Program-made: the position numbers and the translations under genes
Assembly: GCA_963767155.1 (NCBI GenBank)
Contig: CAVYCU010000002.1
Location: 953,746 to 1,017,745 of the forward strand
DNA: 64,000 nucleotides
Direction: 5' to 3'
Source: an uncultured Acidimicrobiaceae bacterium
Lineage (GTDB): Bacteria; Actinomycetota; Acidimicrobiia; Acidimicrobiales; RAAP-2
The notes under the pieces: model-generated
Told to the model about the DNA's origin: nothing
Database searches by the model: none
The model's input: the letters and a program-made list of their open reading frames with translations, nothing else
Part shown: piece after piece, positions 38,604-46,334 of the stretch
Layout: each line of letters opens with the position of its first letter
How positions within the stretch are numbered: position 1 is the first letter of the stretch

Positions 38604-39890
38604 ATGGGCCGCATGGACCAGTTCCCCCACACCCCGATTCCCCGCTACGGTCTGGCGCGCGAAGAAGTGATGGCGCAATTGCTGGCCATGAAAGAGGACG
38701 ACCAGGACTGGCGGGGCGGCCGCGTCTTCAGCCTGGTGTACTCCGCCGGCGACGAGGTGCACGAGCTCCTTCAAGATGCGTTATCGCTCTACAGTGCCGA
38801 AAACGGTCTCAATGTGCTGGCCTTCCCCAGCATCGGCATCATGCAACACGACATCGTGCGGAACACGGCCACATTGCTCGGCGCCGATGACGCGGCGAGC
38901 GGTGGCGCCGTCGAGGGCTACCTCACCTCGGGCGGCACAGAAAGCCTTTTGCAAGCGGTCAAGACGGCGAGGGACGTGGCGCGCCACGAGCGCGGGATCC
39001 CGCACCCCCGGATCGTTGCGGCGGAGAGCGCGCACGCCGCGTTCACTAAAGCAGCGGACTATTTCGATGTCGAGCTGATCCGGGTGCCCGTCGGCCCGGA
39101 TCTTCGCGTCGACGTTGCCGCATTCGACGCGGCGTGCACGGACGCGACGATCATGGTGATCGGCTCGGCACCGACCTATCCGCACGGTGTGGTCGACCCG
39201 ATTGCCGACATCGCCGCGTTGGCCCGAGAGCGGGGGATCCTGTGTCATGTCGACGCGTGTATGGGGGGATTCCTGCTGCCTTTCCTCACCGGGCTCGGAC
39301 GTTTCTCCGAGCCGTTCGATTTCCGCCTTCCCGGTGTCACGTCGATGTCCGCCGATGTCCACAAATACGGGTACGCGTCCAAAGGCGTCTCGGTGGTGCT
39401 CTACCGGACGCACGAGTTGGCCCGGCATCAGATCTTCGCGACGAGCGACTGGCTCGGCGGTTATTACGCGTCGACCGCGATGGCCGGCACACGTCCGGCA
39501 GGCCCCATTGCGGCGGCCTGGGCCGCGCTGATGCACATCGGCCTCGACGGTTACCTCGAGCTCACCCGCACCGCACACGACGCCGCACGGACGCTCCGGG
39601 TCGGCATCGAGTCCATTGACAGTCTCGAAGTGCGCGGCGATCCGCCGGCCACCGTCATGGCGTTCGGCGCGCGCGAGCCGTCGTTGGACATCTTCGCCGT
39701 AGGAGAAAGGCTCGCAGCGGACGGCTGGTACCTCGACCGGCAGAACCGACCCGATTCGCTCCATGCCACGGTGCACGCGGGCAGTGCGGCGAGCGTGCCG
39801 TACCTGGTCCACGATCTGCGGCACGCGGTGATGTCGGTGGGAGAGACGCGGGCCGCCGACCGGTCGACCACTTACGGGCAGAGCAGCTGA
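38604..39890 (+). CDS. PLP-dependent group II decarboxylase-fold enzyme, sphingosine-1-phosphate-lyase-like
   Basis: 428-aa ORF with GGTESLL, HVDACMGGFLLPF and the PLP-lysine context SMSADVHKYGYASKG. Confidence 0.8.
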   Translation: MGRMDQFPHTPIPRYGLAREEVMAQLLAMKEDDQDWRGGRVFSLVYSAGDEVHELLQDALSLYSAENGLNVLAFPSIGIMQHDIVRNTATLLGADDAASGGAVEGYLTSGGTESLLQAVKTARDVARHERGIPHPRIVAAESAHAAFTKAADYFDVELIRVPVGPDLRVDVAAFDAACTDATIMVIGSAPTYPHGVVDPIADIAALARERGILCHVDACMGGFLLPFLTGLGRFSEPFDFRLPGVTSMSADVHKYGYASKGVSVVLYRTHELARHQIFATSDWLGGYYASTAMAGTRPAGPIAAAWAALMHIGLDGYLELTRTAHDAARTLRVGIESIDSLEVRGDPPATVMAFGAREPSLDIFAVGERLAADGWYLDRQNRPDSLHATVHAGSAASVPYLVHDLRHAVMSVGETRAADRSTTYGQSS

Positions 39891-39926
39891 CGATCCACGG
39901 GCGGCGTATCTGCGCAGGGTCGTCGC

Positions 39927-41465
39927 TCAGTTGACGAGGAAGGCCGTAATGGCCTGTGCGATGGCGGCCGCGGCCGACTGTTGGTACGCGGGTGTGACCA
40001 GCAGCGCAGCATCGGTCGCATTGCGCATATTGCCGGTTTCGATGAGCACCTTGGGAACCGTCGTCAGGTTGAGTCCGGCCAGGTCGTCGCGGGGCTGCAA
40101 TCCGTCAACCCCGTCGTAGTCACTGACCGGCATGCCCGAGACGGCCTGGAACGTGGTGCGCAACAGGGCGGCAAAGGAATCCGAGGAGGCGATGACGGCG
40201 TCGTTGGGGCCGTCCGCCACCGGCTCGAGCACTGTGAATCCCCGACCGTCGGCCGGACCGCCGTCAGCGTGGATGTCGACCGCGACGTCAGCATGCGCGT
40301 CGTTGATGATGGCCGCCCGCGTGGTGACGCACGGGCCGATCCCGGAATTGTTCGGTCGTGTCAGCACCACCTCCGCCCCTTCGGCGATCAGGTCCGCCTG
40401 CAGGTACGTCGCCACGTTGAAATTGAACTGGGCCTCCGTGTACCCACTGTCCGTCGCTGTCCCGGTCGTATCGCAGGCCTCGTCCTCCTGCCCGTTCCAG
40501 ACCGGCTGATCGATGACCTGCGGGGCGGTGTAGTTCAATCCGTTGTGACCCGGGTCGATGCCGACCACTCTTCCGGCCAGAGGCAGTTGCTGGGTCCCGA
40601 AGACGACCCAGTAGCCGCCACCGCCCGGTACGGTTGCCATGCCGACGGCCGGGGCGGTCAGCTGGGTCGCACCTTCAGAGCCGTAGAAGGCGGCGTCGCC
40701 GAAGGTGAAGATGCCGCCGTCGGAGGCGACCAGCCAGTAGCCCCTGCCATCGGGGGTGGCGGCCATGCCGACGATCGGTTTGTTGAGGCTGAGCGCACCG
40801 GTCGAGCCGTAGAAGGCGGCGTCGCCGAAGGTGAAGATGCCGCCGTCGGAGGCGACCAGCCAGTAGCCCCTGCCGTCGGGGGTGGCGGCCATGCCGACGA
40901 TCGGTTTGTTGAGGCTGAGCGCACCGGTCGAGCCGTAGAAGGCGGCGTCGCCGAAGGTGAAGATGCCGCCGTCGGAGGCGACCAGCCAGTAGCCCTTGCC
41001 GTCGGGGGTGGCGGCCATGCCGACGATCGGTTTGTTGAGGCTGAGCGCACCGGTCGAGCCGTAGAAGGCGGCGTCGCCGAAGGTGAAGATGCCGCCGTCG
41101 GAGGCGACCAGCCAGTAGCCCTTGCCATCGGGGGTGGCGGCCATGCCGACGATCGGTTTGTTGAGGCTGAGCGCACCGGTCGAGCCGTAGAAGGCGGCGT
41201 CGCCGAAGGTGAAGATGCCGCCGTCGGAGGCGACCAGCCAGTAGCCCCTGCCATCGGGGGTGGCGGCCATGCCGACCAGAGGTGTCTTCTGACTCGGCAG
41301 CGTATTGGGACCAAGGGAGGCGCTCCCGAAGGGCACCACCGAATCAGGGGCCGACGCCAGATCTCCGATGTGGGGCACGTGCACGGAGTCGGAGGCGGCC
41401 CTGACCGATGCACTCGAGGTCGACCGGGTCGAGGCCCAGGAGAGCGTGAGCATCGCAAGGATCAA
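39927..41465 (-). CDS. secreted N-acetylmuramoyl-L-alanine amidase with N-terminal 42-aa repeat (propeller-like) domain
   Basis: The C-terminus is Amidase_3-like (VVGIDPGHNG, VDIHADG, LIETGNMRN). The N-terminus has 5 near-identical plus 1 diverged repeat of PIVGMAATPDG(K/R)GYWLVASDGGIFTFGDAAFYGSTGALSLNK. The start is probably upstream (see findings). Confidence 0.8.
   Translation of the reverse strand: MILAMLTLSWASTRSTSSASVRAASDSVHVPHIGDLASAPDSVVPFGSASLGPNTLPSQKTPLVGMAATPDGRGYWLVASDGGIFTFGDAAFYGSTGALSLNKPIVGMAATPDGKGYWLVASDGGIFTFGDAAFYGSTGALSLNKPIVGMAATPDGKGYWLVASDGGIFTFGDAAFYGSTGALSLNKPIVGMAATPDGRGYWLVASDGGIFTFGDAAFYGSTGALSLNKPIVGMAATPDGRGYWLVASDGGIFTFGDAAFYGSEGATQLTAPAVGMATVPGGGGYWVVFGTQQLPLAGRVVGIDPGHNGLNYTAPQVIDQPVWNGQEDEACDTTGTATDSGYTEAQFNFNVATYLQADLIAEGAEVVLTRPNNSGIGPCVTTRAAIINDAHADVAVDIHADGGPADGRGFTVLEPVADGPNDAVIASSDSFAALLRTTFQAVSGMPVSDYDGVDGLQPRDDLAGLNLTTVPKVLIETGNMRNATDAALLVTPAYQQSAAAAIAQAITAFLVN
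40678..41276. repeat. 126-bp tandem repeat, about 4.75 copies, inside the amidase gene
   Basis: The landmark ccgtagaagg recurs at 40681, 40807, 40933, 41059 and 41185, an exact 126-bp period. Copies differ only at two positions (ccc[c/t]tgcc[a/g]tc). Confidence 0.95.
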
Positions 41466-41574
41466 CAGGGCTGCGACGGAGAGCAGGCAGGCGGAGCGCC
41501 AACCTCTGAACCTTCTGACTGAGGTGATGATTCACTTTACCCAGGCAGGCCGGGCACGGGCGGATCCGTTCCTC

Positions 41575-42360
41575 CTACGAGGTGGTCAACCCTCCGTCGA
41601 CGGAGAGTGCGGCACCCGTGACACCGCTGGCCTCGACCTCACAGAGCCAGGCGATGAGCGCCGCCGGCTCGTCGGGAACCAAAAGGCGCTCCACCAGCTG
41701 CTGCTGGGCGAATACCTCGGCCGACGGCAGGTCATAGACGGCCGCAGAGGCGTCGAGAATCGGCGTGCGGGTGGAGCCCGGGCATACCGCATTGGCCGTG
41801 ATGCCCGTCCCCGCCAGATCAGCCGCCAGGGATTTCATCAATCCGATGACCGCATGCTTCGATGCGCTGTACCCACTCAGGCGTCGTAGTCCCAACAGAC
41901 CGGCCGCCGACGCCACCGCGACCACCCGACCCTGTCGCGGCGGCGGGGCGGCGAGCAGGACCGGTACGGCGGCGGTAGCCAGGTGCCGCACCCCGTGCAC
42001 GTTGACGTCGAATTGCACGTTCCACTGGGCGTCGGCCACCTCCCACAGAGGAACGCCACCTGCGACGACTCCCGCCACGGCGATGGCGGCATCGAGACCG
42101 CCGAAGACGGTGACGGCGGCGTCGACGGCGGCCTGCATGTCGGATTGGCTCCTGACGTCCCCCACCATCGTGTGCACGAGGTCGCCGTGACGGTCAGCCA
42201 GCGCGACCAGATCGGCGGGGGTGGCCAGGGAGTAGTCGAGACCCGGATCGTCAGCGCACAGGTCGACAGCGACGACGCGCCAGCCTTTGCCGACCAATCG
42301 GTCCACCGTCGCTGCGCCAATCCCGCGCGCGGCACCCGTGAGAACGGCGATCCGGCTCAT
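41575..42360 (-). CDS. mycofactocin-coupled SDR family oxidoreductase (candidate)
   Basis: ATG at comp(42358..42360) overlaps the mftE stop (ATGA). Motifs are IAVLTGAARGIGAA, the insert VAVDLCADDPGLDYSLATPADL typical of the MFT-associated SDR subfamily, and the YSASK catalytic motif. Confidence 0.8.
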   Translation of the reverse strand: MSRIAVLTGAARGIGAATVDRLVGKGWRVVAVDLCADDPGLDYSLATPADLVALADRHGDLVHTMVGDVRSQSDMQAAVDAAVTVFGGLDAAIAVAGVVAGGVPLWEVADAQWNVQFDVNVHGVRHLATAAVPVLLAAPPPRQGRVVAVASAAGLLGLRRLSGYSASKHAVIGLMKSLAADLAGTGITANAVCPGSTRTPILDASAAVYDLPSAEVFAQQQLVERLLVPDEPAALIAWLCEVEASGVTGAALSVDGGLTTS

Positions 42361-43052
42361 GCCGGCGGCGCAGCGTCGGGCCATCGCGCCAAAACGGCGC
42401 CGGCCAGATCGTCGGTCATCGCGGCGAGGAGCAACGCACCCTCGTCGGCATTTGCTCCCCGTGGGTCTCCCAGCACGCCGTTGGACGATATCGGCCGCAC
42501 CCCTTCCGCCCGTAACCGTGGCATGAGCACCTCGAGAGGGACGGTGGAGCCCGCCGCCGCCAACTCCCGGCGGACGGCGCCCGGATCGATGGCCAGCATC
42601 AGCGATGTCTCGGTCCTTCCGGCGTGGGCGTCGCCGCCGGGCACGGTCGCTGTCCAGATCAACGTCGCCTCACCGTCGCTCCTGGAGCGTGCGGCGACCA
42701 ACGAGAGTGCCTGCTGGTTCCCCCCGTGGGCGGAAATAAGGATCACACCCAGGAAAGAAGCGCGGGCGGAGCGGATCAACTCCATGAGGACGTCGGCCAG
42801 CACCGCATGGTCGATGAGCAAGGTCCCCGGAAATCCGGCGTGCTCACCGCTGGCGCCGTAGGCCACGGGCGGCGCCACCATGATGTCGCTCCGGGCCCTC
42901 GAGAGCCGCTGCCCGAGCTCCACCGCAATACGGGTATCGGTGTCGAGAGGCAGGTGGGGGCCGTGCTGTTCGAGTGAGCCGATCGGAAGCGCCAACAAGC
43001 TCGCTCTCCCGCTGGCCGCGACGTCAGCCCAGGTCGCGCCGCCGAGCTCCAT
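42357..43052 (-). CDS. mftE: mycofactocin precursor peptidase (creatininase family)
   Basis: ATG at comp(43050..43052) (MELGGATWADV..). Creatininase-fold motifs are PIGSLEQHGPHLPLDTD, SGEHAGFPGT, SAHGGN and HAGRTETS. Confidence 0.85.
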   Translation of the reverse strand: MELGGATWADVAASGRASLLALPIGSLEQHGPHLPLDTDTRIAVELGQRLSRARSDIMVAPPVAYGASGEHAGFPGTLLIDHAVLADVLMELIRSARASFLGVILISAHGGNQQALSLVAARSRSDGEATLIWTATVPGGDAHAGRTETSLMLAIDPGAVRRELAAAGSTVPLEVLMPRLRAEGVRPISSNGVLGDPRGANADEGALLLAAMTDDLAGAVLARWPDAAPPA

Positions 43053-43072
43053 CGTCGACGCGCCAGCCCGCG

Positions 43073-44245
43073 CTATGCGCGCGCTGCCGTCCGGAAATGA
43101 ACCTTCGTCGGCACCGGGATCGGCGTCCCGTGCACGTCGACCTTGGAGTGCCCGACACCCGCACCCGGCAGCGCCGTCGCGTCGCGTGCCGCCAGGGCCT
43201 CTTCGCCGTGGCCGAACACACACTCGGGGTCGGGGCCGTCGAGCGGGATTCCGGTAAAGAACTTGGCCGCCATGCAACCACCCTGGCAAGCGTCATAGGA
43301 CCCGCACGATGCGCACGCCCCCGCACTCTGCGGCTCGCGCAGCGACCGGAAGAGGTCCGACTGACGCCACACCCCGGCGAAGCCGCCCGGCTGGCGCACG
43401 TTGCCGGCCAGGAATTCCTTGTCGATGACGAACGGGCAGGCGTAGACGTCCCCGACCGGGTCGATAAGGCACACGACCCTTCCCGCACCGCAGAGGTTGA
43501 GACCGTCGAGGGGCTCCCCGAGTGCGGACAGATGGAAGAAGGAGTCGCCGGTCAGTACATCGGGACGTTCCAAGAGCCAGTGGTACAGCATCCGTTGCTG
43601 TGCGGCGGTCGGATGCAGTGCGTCCCACGTCTCGACGCCGCGCCCCGAGGGCCGGAAGCGCGTCAACCGCAATTGCGCGCCGTAGCTCTCGGCAATTGCG
43701 GCGAACTCGTCGAGCTGGGTGACGTTCTCCCTCGTCACCACCACACTGATCTTGAACTGGCCGAAATTGGCGGCAGCGAGGTTGTCCATGGCAGTTCGTG
43801 CCGCCGCGAATGATCCTTCACCGCGCACCGCGTCGTTGGTCGACGCCAGGGCGCCGTCGATGCTGATCTGCACGTCGACGTAGTCCATCCCGGCAAGACG
43901 GCGCGCCCGCTCTGCGGTGAGTCTGGTCCCGTTCGTGGAGAACTTCACGCCGACCTTGTGCTCGACGGCGTAACCCACGAGGTCGAAGAAGTCAGGGCGC
44001 AGCATCGGCTCGCCGCCTCCGATATTGACGTAGAAGACCTTCATGGCCGCCAGCTCGTCCACGATCTGACGGGCTTCGGCCGGCGACAGCTCCAACGGAT
44101 CACGGCGACCTGAAGAGCTCAGGCAGTGCACGCACGCCAGATTGCAGGCGTAGGTCAGCTCCCAGGTCAAGCAGATGGGTGCTTCCAAACCCTGTGTGAA
44201 CCGCTGGCGCAACGGCATGATTTCTGTGGGTGCCTCAACGGACAT
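43073..44245 (-). CDS. mftC: mycofactocin radical SAM/SPASM maturase
   Basis: ATG at comp(44243..44245), preceded by GGAGG. It has the radical SAM motif CNLACVHC and a Cys-rich C-terminal SPASM region (CGAGRVVC.., CASCGSYDACQGGC). Confidence 0.9.
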   Translation of the reverse strand: MSVEAPTEIMPLRQRFTQGLEAPICLTWELTYACNLACVHCLSSSGRRDPLELSPAEARQIVDELAAMKVFYVNIGGGEPMLRPDFFDLVGYAVEHKVGVKFSTNGTRLTAERARRLAGMDYVDVQISIDGALASTNDAVRGEGSFAAARTAMDNLAAANFGQFKISVVVTRENVTQLDEFAAIAESYGAQLRLTRFRPSGRGVETWDALHPTAAQQRMLYHWLLERPDVLTGDSFFHLSALGEPLDGLNLCGAGRVVCLIDPVGDVYACPFVIDKEFLAGNVRQPGGFAGVWRQSDLFRSLREPQSAGACASCGSYDACQGGCMAAKFFTGIPLDGPDPECVFGHGEEALAARDATALPGAGVGHSKVDVHGTPIPVPTKVHFRTAARA

Positions 44246-44248
44246 CAA

Positions 44249-44537
44249 TCACCTCCGAGGCGGCCAGGCGCGCCAGAGCGCACGGCGGTATGTGGGTCGT
44301 TCAGGTTCGGGTATCAACGCTTCGATGGCGGAAGCGGCGCTGTCGTACTGCTCCAACGCGGTGACCAATTCGACCGAGGGGACGTGACTTCAAGAACATC
44401 AGACGACGCGTGCCGAAATGATACGCGAGAGCGCCGAACGATTCGTCACGCAACGCGATCTGGGGATGCACCCGCCATGGTTTGTCAGCCGCAAATACAA
44501 GAGCGACCCTGCTGGGCCGCTCTTCGGTCACGCTCAA
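44249..44537 (-). pseudogene. mftB: mycofactocin chaperone MftB (PqqD-like), one frameshift
   Basis: The N-part is ..DKPWRVHPQIALRDESFGALAYHFGTRRLMFLK (ORF 44301..44549). After about 44390 a plausible continuation HVPSVELVTALEQYDSAASAIEALIPEPERPTYRRAL.. lies one base out of frame and ends at TGA 44249-44251 inside the mftC RBS. The TTG start at 44537 overlaps the mftA stop (TTGA); GTG starts at 44549 or 44531 are also possible. Confidence 0.75.
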
Positions 44538-44644
44538 TAGACGCCGCACATCCCATCGATCGAGACTTCCTCGACCAGAAGCTCGTCGACCTCATCGTCG
44601 GCCGGTGCTTCGACATCCTGCACTTCAACGTTCTCAGACAGCAC
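44534..44644 (-). CDS. mftA: mycofactocin precursor peptide
   Basis: Not in the ORF track because it is only 36 aa. Hand translation from GTG at comp(44642..44644), preceded by GAAGGAGG, gives MLSENVEVQDVEAPADDEVDELLVEEVSIDGMCGVY*. The C-terminal IDGMCGVY is the MftA hallmark. Confidence 0.85.
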   Translation of the reverse strand: MLSENVEVQDVEAPADDEVDELLVEEVSIDGMCGVY

Positions 44645-44720
44645 CCTGGCCTCCTTCGTGTTGCCACGATCCTATCGCTTAGGGGAAAGCCCCCCGGTTC
44701 CTGCCAAGATTGCCCCGTGC

Positions 44721-46263
44721 GTGGCCCCAACTGGGAAAACGGAGAAGGTCCTGCTCCCGTTCGATCCGCACCCCCAGGCCGGACCACGCCTTCCCGGCGC
44801 AATTCGGGCTCGTCCGCGACCCGGGACGATCGCCCTGGACCGGGACCGGGTCCTCATGGGCGGGAGTCCGCTCCGACTCCTCCGGCTGACGGAGCGTGCC
44901 AGCTCCCTGGTCCGCGGGTGGGAATCCGGCGCCCCGGTGGGCCACCGCAAGGCGGAGCAGATGCTGGCCCGGCGACTTGTTTCCTCCGGTGTCTTCCTCC
45001 CCCGGCCAGGTCCCACAGCCTTTCGGCGCCGAGGACGTCACGGTCGTGATCCCCGTCCGGGACCGGCCCGAGCATCCTCCAGCGGGTGCTGACCGCCTCG
45101 AAGGGCATGCAGTGCCTCGTCGTCGACGATGCCTCCGCAGAGCCCGGGCGCACAAAGGAGATCGTCGATCGCGCCGGGGGCCGGCTCCTCGCGCTGGCCG
45201 CCAATGCGGGCCCGGCGCTGCCCGCAACGCCGGGTTGGGCCAGGTCACGACACGCCTCTGGTCGCCTTCGTCGACTCCGACTGCGTGCCCGGTCCGGGCT
45301 GGCTCGAGCCGCTGCTGGGACACTTCGACGACCCGATGGTCGCCGCCGTCGCGCCCCGGATCGTGCCCTTCCCGGTGGTCCCCGCCACGGCCCTGTCGCG
45401 CTACGAGGCGGTCCGCTCCTCGTTGGACCGTGGGCCCAGGGAGGGCTGGTCCGACCCCTCAGCCGGATCCCCTACGTGCCCAGTGCCGCGCTCCTCGTCC
45501 GCCGCGAGGTGGCCGGCGGCGACCTGTTCGATCCCCGGCTGCGAGGCGGCGAGGACGTCGATCTGGTCTGGCGCCTGGTCGATGCCGGATGGGACGTCCG
45601 CTACGAACCGGCATCGATCGTGCAGCACGACGGACCGGCGGCATGTGGCTTCCTGGTTGGGCCGGCGCGCCTTCTACGGCACGACGGCCGGACCTCTGGC
45701 CCGCCGCCACCCCCAGCGCTCGCCCCTCTTCAGGCCTCCGCCTGGTCCGCCGGCGTATGGGCACTGGCCTGCGCCCGCCGGCCCGTCGTGGCGGGGGCAC
45801 TCCTGGCCGCGTCCGTCGGCGTGCTGGCCCGACGTTTCAACGGATTGGTCGAGAAACCGGTCCCTGTGGCGGCGAAGATCGCCGGCGGCGGCACGCTCAG
45901 AGCGGCGCTGCCCGCGCTGCACGGCCTCACCCGGGCCTGGTCCCCCGCCCTGGTGCTCGGCTTGTGCTGGCCTCGCACCCGCCGTGCCGCCGCCCTGGCC
46001 CTCGTCGCGCCCGCTCTGGGCGACTGGCGGGCCGACCGGGACGGACCTCGACCCTCTGCGGTACGCGGCACTGCACGTGGCCGACGACGTGGCCTACGGC
46101 GCTCGGTGTCTGGCGGGGCTGCGTGACCGCCAGGACCTTGCGCCGCTCCGCCCCCGCATCGTGTTCAGGGCCTGCGTCTGGTCCAGCGCATCATTGCGCA
46201 CGCAGCTCGGGACCCCCGGGGGAGAAGGCGTCCCGGGAGAGTCGACGCCGCGGGCGGGCCTAA
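44721..46263 (+). pseudogene. mftF: mycofactocin glycosyltransferase MftF (GT2), about 10 frameshifts; both ends uncertain
   Basis: GT2/MftF-like segments alternate between all three frames. The order is DRDRVLMGGSPLRLLRL (frame 0), FGAEDVTVVIPVRDRPE (1), LTASKGMQCLVVDDASAEPG (2) and GAARNAGLGQVTT (1). It continues with PLVAFVDSDCVPGPGWLEPLLGHFDDPMVAAVAPRIV..RYEAVRSSLDRGP (0), IPYVPSAALLVRR..GGEDVDLVWRLVDAGWDVRYEP (2) and SWLGRRAFYGTTAGPLARRHP (0). It ends with TM-like AWSAGVWALA..ALVAPALGDW (2), LRYAALHVADDVAYGA (0), GVWRGCV (1) and PLRPRIVFR (0). The only stop before mftD is TAA at 46261-46263 in frame 1. Confidence 0.75.
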
Positions 46264-46334
46264 TGTCTCGGGATCACGCTGCGAGGTCGGGCCTGCCCGC
46301 GGGACAGACCAGAAGGTTCACGAGAGGGTCGACT

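Noticed and set aside
40678-41276. Regularly spaced repeats as a possible CRISPR array
   Set aside because: The repeats are contiguous 126-bp units with no unique spacers. They lie entirely inside an ORF, encode a conserved 42-aa protein repeat, and no cas genes are present.
39981-41522. 513-aa plus-strand ORF covering the whole amidase gene in antisense
   Set aside because: Its translation is low-complexity (repeated GGVAEGEDAAVGGDQPVA..) with no recognisable motif. The minus-strand frame has a clear Amidase_3 domain and a signal peptide. Long antisense ORFs are expected in very GC-rich DNA because stop codons are rare.
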